DNA of 8,707 nt, taken from the UHGV virus genome UHGV-0140516. One strand, given 5' to 3'. Source of the DNA: a virus. The notes under the pieces were generated by a model. That model saw nothing but the letters and a program-made list of their open reading frames with translations. It was not told the origin of the DNA and did not search any database. Below are positions 1 through 6,130 of this stretch, piece by piece (position 1 is the first letter of the stretch; the number at the start of each line of letters is the position of its first letter). The translations under genes were made by a program, and so were the position numbers.

Positions 1-693
1 AAGTACTGCCGAAAACGACGATACGCAATCAGCAACGTTCTTGATGATATGGTTGTCGGTGATGTGGGAAAAAAAGCAGAAGTGAGCGAGCGCGTACTAA
101 CAAACAAGGAGCTTGGGGAATTACTCCGCGCCCTGGATGACAAAATATTCCCGCCGTACTACAGCGCCCTAATTCGCCTCCTGATTGTTTTCGGATGCCG
201 TACCACCGAGCTAAGGCGCTCTGAGGTGCAGGAGTGGGATTTTAAAGAAATGCTCTGGACGGTACCGAAGGAGCACAGCAAAACGAAGGTCGCCATATTC
301 AGGCCAATACCGGAAAGCATTTTGCCGTTCATCACGCAGCTGGTGGAGCAGAACAGACACACGGGCTTATTGCTTGGTGAACTGAAAGGACAATCTTCGG
401 TAGCAGAGTACGGAAGAACAGCGCACAGACGAATTAATCAAGCCCCCTGGACGTTACACGATATCCGGCACACATTTACAACCATGCTGAACGATTTAGG
501 CGTGGATCCGCATATTGTCGAGCAGCTTACAGCCCACCAGATGCCAGGGATGCAACGAGTCTATAACCACTCCCGCTATCTTGATGCAAAACGTGATGCT
601 CTTAATCTATGGGTAGACCGTCTCGAGCTTCTCCAGAACAATGATGAAAAAATCGTTGTTATGACCCCGCGAATTTACACCCAAAATTCTTGA
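1..693 (+). CDS. int: Tyrosine recombinase / integrase, P4 family, C-terminal catalytic part (5'-truncated at window edge)
   Basis: Frame 1 is open from base 1 with no stop upstream of the listed Met at 49. The translation contains the tyrosine-recombinase catalytic motifs: Arg in FGCRTTELRR, H-x-x-R in LHDIRHTF, and His plus Tyr nucleophile in VYNHSRY. Stop TGA at 691-693. Confidence 0.85.
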   Translation, partial: KYCRKRRYAISNVLDDMVVGDVGKKAEVSERVLTNKELGELLRALDDKIFPPYYSALIRLLIVFGCRTTELRRSEVQEWDFKEMLWTVPKEHSKTKVAIFRPIPESILPFITQLVEQNRHTGLLLGELKGQSSVAEYGRTAHRRINQAPWTLHDIRHTFTTMLNDLGVDPHIVEQLTAHQMPGMQRVYNHSRYLDAKRDALNLWVDRLELLQNNDEKIVVMTPRIYTQNS

Positions 694-743
694 CAAATTA
701 CGGCTGTTTTTTCTTTAAGAGATTACAGCCGTGAATAAATCGT

Positions 744-813
744 AGAATATCAGAAAATATCTGCAAATATCTTCACTTTATATGTGTCAACCATCGAAAA
801 AATTGAAATATCT
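744..813. promoter_or_regulatory. Array of short direct repeats (RAATATC) at roughly helical spacing in the int-alpA intergenic region
   Basis: GAATATC at 745-751 and AAATATCT at 755-762, 765-772 and 806-813. The first three copies are 10-11 bp apart. The region between the int stop and the alpA start is AT-rich. Function (regulator or arm-type integrase sites) is inferred, not shown. Confidence 0.3.
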
Positions 814-1110
814 TCTTCTGAGTTCTTATTTTCTGTTTCTTGATTATTCCAACACCTGATGGTTTATCTATTTGTTTTTAATAAGATAATTCAAGTATCA
901 TGCCAAATGACGACATTTTTTGTTGCGTCGCTTAAAAACTCGTGACACGATTTTATGAACAGCAGCAAACTCTAGCGAACTTTGACGAACATAAAGTTCA
1001 GAAAGGTTACGTATTCAATTTAAGAGGTGAAAAAAGCTAAGAAGTATTCCTTCCCGTATATCCACAGCGAAACAAAAATTTCTATACGTAAATTTTATGT
1101 AGGGCTTTTT

Positions 1111-1320
1111 ATGCGCGAAATAAATGAAGATCGTGTAATCCGTGAAAAAGAATGCAGAGAGCTAACAGGCGTTTGCCGTACAACTCGTTATGAGATGGAA
1201 AAACAAGGCCGCTTTCCCTCCCGTATCAGTCTTGGAGGTCGTTCGGTTGGCTGGGTTAAGTCTGAGGTTATGGAATGGGTTAAAAGCCGGGATCGCATTA
1301 ATTCAGGAAAGGCAGCGTAA
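1111..1320 (+). CDS. alpA: AlpA-type (MerR-like HTH) prophage regulatory protein / excision-transcription regulator
   Basis: The 69-aa product MREINEDRVIREKECRELTGVCRTTRYEMEKQGRFPSRISLGGRSVGWVKSEVMEWVKSR shows the AlpA pattern (HTH, then FP-x-x-I-x-LG-x-R-SVGW-x-x-E-V-x-EW). ATG at 1111 is preceded by AGGG at 1101-1104. The track start at 1027 is GTG with AAGAGG abutting it at no spacing, so it is disfavoured. Confidence 0.75.
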   Translation: MREINEDRVIREKECRELTGVCRTTRYEMEKQGRFPSRISLGGRSVGWVKSEVMEWVKSRDRINSGKAA

Positions 1321-1710
1321 AGGGGAGCATATGACACATAAAACAAAGGCGACCGGGGGCGGTCGCCAATGGGAAAACACTAAACATAAGCCCGAACATC
1401 ATAGCGATTTGCTGGCTGGTGGGCAATGTGATCAGTGTACTGGCTTGCTGGTGGGCTATTCCTGCTCTTTAGCATCGCCATGCTGCGATGTTTTCCAGGT
1501 ATGCGATCCCATTTTTGTGCGCCTGTACTCTTTAAGGAACTTCTCAAGGACAAACGCACATGGTGCGAATCTCTCCGGTTCATGTTCGTTTACCGCATTT
1601 TTGCGTTGTTTTTTCTTGGATGAGGATAATTTCTTTAATGATTTGTCAGTCATCGTAGATACCTGTAACCCTGTGCGTCACAGTTCACCGCACCACGGCA
1701 CTGGTGATGG

Positions 1711-1890
1711 TTACTCCTGCTCTTTGGCCTTCCGGCGCTGGCGGCGTTTGATCTCGCCACGCATGGCTGTAACGATAAACTGCGCGTCTGTTTCGTTTTC
1801 CTCTTTGACCAAATTCATTTCGCTTAAAACTTCTAGAGGGATTCTAGCCGTTTTTTGTTGTGATTTGTTGTTGGTTGTACCCGTTGGCAT
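1711..1890 (-). CDS. Small Arc/Mnt-like ribbon-helix-helix DNA-binding protein (putative repressor), divergent from the replication operon
   Basis: Internal Met of the 115-aa minus ORF. ATG at 1890-1888 is preceded by a strong SD (AAGGAGG, complement of 1896-1902) at 5-6 nt spacing. The 59-aa product MPTGTTNNKSQQKTARIPLEVLSEMNLVKEENETDAQFIVTAMRGEIKRRQRRKAKEQE aligns with P22 Arc (RWPREVL / AEENGRSVNSEIYQRV versus RIPLEVL / KEENETDAQFIVTAMR). Basic C-terminal tail. Confidence 0.55.
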   Translation of the reverse strand: MPTGTTNNKSQQKTARIPLEVLSEMNLVKEENETDAQFIVTAMRGEIKRRQRRKAKEQE

Positions 1891-1951
1891 TACTGGCCTC
1901 CTTACTGTTAGGTGGCGTTCAGTATACGTAGAAAAAAAAATAAAAAAAGGC

Positions 1952-2002
1952 TTGAAGTGCAAGTCACCTAAAAGTAGCATAATCTTCAAAGGTGACTTGC
2001 AC
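1952..2002 (+). promoter_or_regulatory. Candidate sigma70 promoter for the replication operon, overlapped by a 13-bp perfect inverted repeat (putative operator)
   Basis: -35 TTGAAG at 1952-1957, 17-bp spacer, -10 TAGCAT at 1975-1980 (CATAAT at 1978-1983 as alternative). Inverted repeat GTGCAAGTCACCT at 1957-1969 and AGGTGACTTGCAC at 1990-2002 brackets the -10. On the opposite strand, a TATACT -10 (complement of 1921-1926) lies upstream of the RHH gene. Confidence 0.4.
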
Positions 2003-2083
2003 CTTAAAGACAAAGCCCCGCAAGTGTCGTTACCACTCGCAGGGCTTCTAACCACCAACGATAACGATAGTATCGAGGTAGCT

Positions 2084-2287
2084 ATGAGAAATCATACCAC
2101 ACACCCGCAAGGGCGGGACTCGCACAACCTGAATAAATACATCTGGCGTTTTATCGCCCTGAGCACGGCACAACCGCGCGTGATTACCATTGAGGCCACC
2201 AGCGAACAGGAAGCCCGCCAGCAATCCCCGGCTGGCTGCGTGATGGTATTCGCCGCCCGTATTCGTCAGGGGGTGTGCCATGCCTGA
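2084..2287 (+). CDS. Small hypothetical protein (67 aa), first gene of the replication operon; possibly of the short Icd-like family seen next to P4-type primases (unverified)
   Basis: ATG at 2084 with GAGG at 2075-2078. It is the 3' part of the long 1190..2287 track ORF, and only this part has a start and RBS. Product MRNHTTHPQGRDSHNLNKYIWRFIALSTAQPRVITIEATSEQEARQQSPAGCVMVFAARIRQGVCHA. Its stop overlaps the start of the next ORF (2280/2287). Confidence 0.5.
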   Translation: MRNHTTHPQGRDSHNLNKYIWRFIALSTAQPRVITIEATSEQEARQQSPAGCVMVFAARIRQGVCHA

Positions 2288-2600
2288 TATGTCAAATTAC
2301 CAGTACCTGATTAATCCGCATTTTAACTGTGAGCATGATATGGCTAAAAAGGTTTATTCCGCTGCGGATGGGGCTACTGACAATATATCAATGGCTGTTG
2401 CGTCAATTGGTAGCCTGATGTGGCATGCGTCAGAAAATGAGGACTATGACGAAAAGGCCATGCGCATTGATATGGGTAATATCGGTTTGTTACTGGCAAT
2501 GCTTGGGCAGTTTGATATTTCGTTACGGTGCACCATTGAAAATGCCACAGATGCATTAAATGCCATAAAGAAAGCGAATACTGATTCAAATCGGGGATAA
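2280..2600 (+). CDS. Hypothetical protein (106 aa), unknown function
   Basis: ATG at 2280 overlaps the upstream stop (translational coupling). AGGGGG lies about 10 nt upstream. No recognisable motif. Confidence 0.5.
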   Translation: MPDMSNYQYLINPHFNCEHDMAKKVYSAADGATDNISMAVASIGSLMWHASENEDYDEKAMRIDMGNIGLLLAMLGQFDISLRCTIENATDALNAIKKANTDSNRG

Positions 2601-2606
2601 ATAATC

Positions 2607-2906
2607 ATGAGAACATATTTATCTGGCTTGACTGCCAGCGGTTATGCACACCCCAAAATTATCCCCGGCGCTATTTATCTGGATAAGAACGGTAACAGAG
2701 TAACGGTAAAAGAACTGATGTTTGACCGTGTGTATTTTATTCGTGATGGATATTCATTTCATAGTTCGCTGAACGTGGAGATCTTTATTAGCAGATTCAG
2801 GCGGGAAATCCCGCTTTCCGGAAATAACCATGTGTCATGTCTGGATGTTGATAAAAAACTACAGGAACTGAAAAACATGATTGCCGCGTGGAGAGAGCAG
2901 AAATGA
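2607..2906 (+). CDS. Hypothetical protein (99 aa), unknown function
   Basis: Starts 7 nt after the upstream stop. Its TGA (2904-2906) overlaps the primase ATG (2903-2905) in an ATGA arrangement. No recognisable motif. Confidence 0.5.
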   Translation: MRTYLSGLTASGYAHPKIIPGAIYLDKNGNRVTVKELMFDRVYFIRDGYSFHSSLNVEIFISRFRREIPLSGNNHVSCLDVDKKLQELKNMIAAWREQK

Positions 2907-4720
2907 AAAAAGCGCCAAATTTAAAACACCAGCCGCGTGACAAAATGACGGAAGTCATCATTTTTGCGGGTAGTAATGCGTGGGCACATGCGAAGCAGTG
3001 GCAGGAACAGGACGGGCGACTGGCTGGCGATAACGTGCCTCCTGTCTGGCTTGGAGAGCAACAACTTGCCGAACTGGACAACCTGCAAATCGTACCGGAC
3101 GGACGCTATCGCGTGCGTCTCTATCAGGCGGGGTTATTGCGTCCGGGGCTTGTTAATACCATCGGGCAGAAACTGGCAGTGGCAGGTGTCAGGGATGCTG
3201 ATTATTACCCTGAAGGAATGCACAGCCAGAAACGGGAGAACTGGCGCGAATATCTGGAACGTGAACGGGCAGAGCAGGCGGAAAAGAAAAAGGTAGTTGA
3301 ACTGCCTGTAAAGAAAAAAGAGCGGGTAAAAGACGATAACGCTTCATCACTGGCGCTTAACCAGATGGGAGCAAGTCAACGCGGCGAAGTTCTCCTGGCA
3401 CATTATGGCGGTGAACTGGCGATTCATGCTGACTCTGACACTGTTCACCATTACAACGGCGTTGTATGGGAGCCAGTACAGGATAAAGAATTACAGCGAG
3501 CTATGGCACAGATTTTCATTGATGCGGAGATCAGCTATTCGCAGAACGCCATTAAATCGGCGGTCGATACCATGAAGTTAAGTTTGCCTGTAATGGGGAA
3601 TACAGCCCGTAACCTGATTGGATTCAGTAACGGGGTATTTGATACCAGAACAGGTAATTTTCGGGAGCATAACAAAAACGACTGGTTGTTAATTGCCAGT
3701 GAATTACCTTTCAGCCCACCAGCAGAGGGGGAAACGCTGGCAACACATGCGCCGAATTTCTGGAAGTGGTTACGCCGTTCGGTGGCTGAGAATGACCGCA
3801 AGGCGGATCGCGTACTGGCTGCATTATTCATGGTGCTGGCGAACCGGTACGACTGGCAGTTATTCATTGAGGTAACAGGTCCAGGGGGAAGTGGTAAAAG
3901 CGTGATGGCGGAGATTTGCACCATGCTGGCGGGTAAGGCCAACACAGTATCGGCAAGCATGAAGGCGCTGGAAGATGCAAGGGAACGCGCGTTAGTGGTT
4001 GGCTTTTCGCTGATTATCATGCCGGATATGACCCGCTACGCTGGTGATGGGGCAGGGATTAAGGCTATTACAGGCGGTGACAAGGTGGCAATTGACCCGA
4101 AACACAAAGCCCCCTACTCAACGCGTATTCCGGCAGTAGTGCTGGCGGTTAACAATAACGCCATGTCATTCAGTGACCGCAGCGGGGGGATCTCACGTCG
4201 TCGGGTGATATTCAATTTTTCGGAAGTTGTACCGGAGAACGAACGCGATCCAATGCTGGCGGAAAAAATAGAAGGTGAGCTGGCGGTAGTGATTCGCCAT
4301 CTGCTTACACGGTTTGCTGACCAGGACGAAGCCAGACGCCTGTTATATGAGCAGCAGAAATCTGAAGAAGCACTGGCGATAAAGCGAGAGGGGGATTCGC
4401 TGGTGGACTTCTGCGGCTATCTCATGGCGTCGGTAATGTGTGATGGCCTGTTAGTGGGTAATGCTGAAATTGTGCCATTCAGCCCACGCAGGTATCTCTA
4501 TCATGCCTATCTGGCTTATATGAGGGCACATGGGTTTGGTAAACCTGTAACACTGACGCGCTTCGGTAAAGATATGCCGGGGGCAATGGCGGAATATGGC
4601 AGGGAGTATATGAAACGGAAAACGAAGCACGGTTTTTGTTCAAACGTGACACTGACGGAGGAATCAGAAGACTGGATGCCATCATGTGTATCGGTCACTA
4701 ATGACGATAGTAAAAATTAA
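2903..4720 (+). CDS. P4-alpha-like primase/helicase replication protein (D5-type NTPase)
   Basis: 605-aa ORF. ATG at 2903 is preceded by GGAGAGAG at 2890-2897; the track start at 2888 is GTG. Walker A GPGGSGKS is encoded at 3878-3901, in frame. Followed immediately by the cognate-type iteron array. Large and well anchored. Confidence 0.85.
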   Translation: MKKAPNLKHQPRDKMTEVIIFAGSNAWAHAKQWQEQDGRLAGDNVPPVWLGEQQLAELDNLQIVPDGRYRVRLYQAGLLRPGLVNTIGQKLAVAGVRDADYYPEGMHSQKRENWREYLERERAEQAEKKKVVELPVKKKERVKDDNASSLALNQMGASQRGEVLLAHYGGELAIHADSDTVHHYNGVVWEPVQDKELQRAMAQIFIDAEISYSQNAIKSAVDTMKLSLPVMGNTARNLIGFSNGVFDTRTGNFREHNKNDWLLIASELPFSPPAEGETLATHAPNFWKWLRRSVAENDRKADRVLAALFMVLANRYDWQLFIEVTGPGGSGKSVMAEICTMLAGKANTVSASMKALEDARERALVVGFSLIIMPDMTRYAGDGAGIKAITGGDKVAIDPKHKAPYSTRIPAVVLAVNNNAMSFSDRSGGISRRRVIFNFSEVVPENERDPMLAEKIEGELAVVIRHLLTRFADQDEARRLLYEQQKSEEALAIKREGDSLVDFCGYLMASVMCDGLLVGNAEIVPFSPRRYLYHAYLAYMRAHGFGKPVTLTRFGKDMPGAMAEYGREYMKRKTKHGFCSNVTLTEESEDWMPSCVSVTNDDSKN

Positions 4721-4731
4721 ACTTATGGAAT

Positions 4732-4963
4732 AACTGTTCACCACTGTTCACCCTGTCATAAATATCTTTTATATCAGTATATTATAGGGTGAACAGTTAT
4801 TTATGAACTGTTCACCAAACTATTCACTGTTCACCTTTTTGATTGTTTATTGAGCTTCAAGGGTGAACAGTGGTGAACAGTTGGTGAATAGTTTTTGTGA
4901 AACTGTTCACCCCTTAACATTATGAATTAAAAGATAAAATATCAAAAGGTGAACAGGTGAAGG
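4732..4963. repeat. Replication-origin iteron array (P4 ori/crr type): at least 9 perfect TGTTCACC / GGTGAACA octamers in both orientations with AT-rich spacers
   Basis: Plus-orientation TGTTCACC at 4735-4742, 4745-4752, 4809-4816, 4828-4835 and 4904-4911. Minus-orientation GGTGAACA at 4788-4795, 4862-4869, 4872-4879 and 4948-4955. Degenerate copies at 4821-4828, 4883-4890 and 4956-4963. AT-rich stretches at 4760-4786 and 4918-4946 are candidate unwinding elements. TGTTCACC is the octamer I recall as the P4 alpha-protein binding iteron. Confidence 0.8.
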
Positions 4964-5007
4964 GTTAAAACGCAAAAATTTTAATTTACTGCTGTGAGAT
5001 AAAGCCT

Positions 5008-5253
5008 ATGACAGCGAAGCACACAAAAAAATCACAATCGCACGCCCTTGATTTGACGGAACACTGGTTAAGGGTGTCGATAAAAATCATCGACCGCAAC
5101 GCCGGGGAAGGATATGCGAAAGCACATCCCGAACTGATTAGCGCATTCATGACAACGGCAGCTGCAAACTTTGCCACGCTGACAGAACGGGAGATTGCCG
5201 AAGCGGAACAGGTGACAACCATCAACGTTAAAACCGGAGAGCAGACAGCATGA
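5008..5253 (+). CDS. Hypothetical protein (81 aa), translationally coupled to the SSB-like gene
   Basis: ORF starts just downstream of the iteron array. Its TGA (5251-5253) overlaps the ATG (5250-5252) of the next gene. No recognisable motif; weak RBS. Confidence 0.45.
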   Translation: MTAKHTKKSQSHALDLTEHWLRVSIKIIDRNAGEGYAKAHPELISAFMTTAAANFATLTEREIAEAEQVTTINVKTGEQTA

Positions 5254-5672
5254 CAGCACAGATAGCGGCTTACGGGCGGCTGGTGGCTGACCCGCAGTTA
5301 AAGACCACCAGCAAGGGTACACAAATGACGATGGCTAGTATGGCGGTCCCCCTTCCGTGCAGCCAGGCAGATGACGGAACGGCGACGATGTGGTTATCCG
5401 TCCTGGCGTTTGGCAGACAGGCCGACGCACTGGCAAAACACCACAAAGGCGAACTGGTGAGCGTGGCGGGTAACATGCAGGTAAGCCAGTGGACAGGCCA
5501 GAACGGCGAAACGCGGCAGGGCTGGCAGGTTATCGCAGACAGCGTAATCAGTGCGAGAACGGCGCGACCGGGCGGCAAAAAAGGCCAGCAAGGGCAGGCT
5601 ACTGACGCACTGAACAGGGCAAAACAACAGGCGGGTAACGATGATCCGTACGGGGATAACATACCGTTTTAA
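5250..5672 (+). CDS. ssb: Single-stranded DNA-binding protein family (short SSB-like OB-fold protein with C-terminal DNIPF tip)
   Basis: Aligns by eye to E. coli SSB across the OB fold (G-x-L-x-x-DP; W-x-x-V-x-x-FG-x-x-A; KG-x-x-V-x-x-x-G-x-x-x-x-x-x-WT-x-Q-x-G-x-x-R). Ends in DDPYGDNIPF, resembling the SSB DDDIPF partner-binding tip. Shorter than host SSB (140 versus about 178 aa). Confidence 0.7.
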   Translation: MTAQIAAYGRLVADPQLKTTSKGTQMTMASMAVPLPCSQADDGTATMWLSVLAFGRQADALAKHHKGELVSVAGNMQVSQWTGQNGETRQGWQVIADSVISARTARPGGKKGQQGQATDALNRAKQQAGNDDPYGDNIPF

Positions 5673-5686
5673 GCAACGAGTAACAG

Positions 5687-5710
5687 AAGCCGGAGAAGTC
5701 CGGCTTTTTT
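5687..5710 (+). terminator. Rho-independent terminator after the SSB-like gene
   Basis: Stem AGCCGGA (5688-5694), loop GAAG, stem TCCGGCT (5699-5705), then a T6 run ending at 5710. Confidence 0.7.
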
Positions 5711-5720
5711 ATGCCCCAAA

Positions 5721-5758
5721 AAAAGCCCGATAAGGTCAGAGGGTCTTATCGGGCTTTT
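5721..5758. terminator. Second hairpin with A-run and T-run flanks (possible bidirectional terminator)
   Basis: AAAAGCCCGATAAG (5721-5734), a 10-nt loop, then CTTATCGGGCTTTT (5745-5758). Confidence 0.5.
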
Positions 5759-5838
5759 GCATATGAGGCTTTTATCTAACAGTATGGTGACTACTGTTGC
5801 CGGAAATCATTTCACAATTTGCAACACAACTCAACATT

Positions 5839-5899
5839 ATTGCGTAAAATGAAATCATGATTATAATCACAACTGGATGAACATCCAGTTGTGATTTTT
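5839..5899 (+). promoter_or_regulatory. Candidate promoter of the head-gene operon followed immediately by a 15-bp perfect palindrome and T-run (operator or attenuator hairpin)
   Basis: -35 TTGCGT at 5839-5844, 16-bp spacer, -10 TATAAT at 5861-5866. Perfect inverted repeat AATCACAACTGGATG (5864-5878) and CATCCAGTTGTGATT (5882-5896) with a 3-nt spacer, followed by a T5 run (5895-5899). It sits between the promoter and the RBS of the first head-module ORF. Confidence 0.4.
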
Positions 5900-5923
5900 A
5901 ACGTCAAAGAGGAATTTCCGACT

Positions 5924-6130
5924 ATGGCAGAAGAGAAAAAAGGCGGGGTGACAGTTTACATAAGCCCAGACATCGTGGAGGCGCTCAAGGAACGCCACCA
6001 GCAGAACGTAAAAGCAGGCATTGCGGCAGGACTTGAGCCGCTGGCGATGGTTGAGCCGTCAACAGGCTGGCAGGTACGCGCCTATTTACGCGCGGCGCTG
6101 GGCATGAATCAGACTCATGGGGGTGAATAA
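5924..6130 (+). CDS. Hypothetical protein (68 aa), first ORF of the head module
   Basis: ATG at 5924 with AAAGAGGAA at 5906-5914. The track start at 5891 is GTG inside the palindrome, so it is disfavoured. The stop TAA overlaps the capsid-gene ATG (TAATG at 6128-6132). Confidence 0.5.
   Translation: MAEEKKGGVTVYISPDIVEALKERHQQNVKAGIAAGLEPLAMVEPSTGWQVRAYLRAALGMNQTHGGE

Noticed and set aside
700-732. Hairpin ACGGCTGT ... ACAGCCGT just after the int stop as an intrinsic terminator
   Set aside because: The stem is only 8 bp with a 17-nt loop, and no U-tract follows the 3' arm. At most it is a weak or factor-dependent structure, so it is not annotated as a terminator.
1027-1110. GTG start at 1027 extending alpA by 28 codons
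   Set aside because: The AAGAGG motif abuts the GTG with no spacer, and the extension (KKAKKYSFPYIHSETKISIRKFYVGLF) does not resemble AlpA N-termini. The ATG at 1111 gives a typical AlpA length of about 70 aa.
1456-1653. 65-aa Lys-rich minus-strand ORF ending in AKEQE like the RHH protein
   Set aside because: The shared C-terminal pentapeptide comes from a short duplicated DNA segment rather than protein homology. The RBS is weak and the ORF overlaps other candidate ORFs, so it is treated as part of the ambiguous region, not a gene.
2012-2047. Imperfect hairpin AAGCCCCGCAAGTG ... CACTCGCAGGGCTT in the 5' leader of the replication operon
   Set aside because: Two mismatches and no following U-tract. 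It could be leader RNA structure, but the evidence is too weak to call a feature.
1190-2287. 365-aa plus-strand ORF spanning alpA to the replication operon
   Set aside because: It reads through the alpA 3' end, the opposite strand of the well-supported RHH gene and the promoter/inverted-repeat region, and has low-complexity, Cys- and Leu-rich composition. Only its last 67 codons (from the ATG at 2084, with an RBS) look like a real gene.
3535-4020. 161-aa minus-strand ORF, and other antisense or alternate-frame ORFs inside the primase gene (2964..3296, 3693..3875, 4479..4698)
   Set aside because: They are fully embedded in the Walker-A-containing primase frame, and their products are Ser/Ala/Leu-rich as expected for antisense translation of a GC-rich gene. 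No RBS support.
4732-4963. Possibility that the short-repeat array is a CRISPR array
   Set aside because: The repeat unit is only 8-11 bp, occurs in both orientations and is irregularly spaced with AT-rich filler. CRISPR repeats are 24-48 bp, unidirectional and regularly spaced. The array fits replication-origin iterons.
5270-5662. 130-aa minus-strand ORF antisense to the SSB-like gene
   Set aside because: Completely overlapped by a gene with clear SSB-family homology. The product is Cys/Pro/Leu-rich, typical of a shadow ORF.
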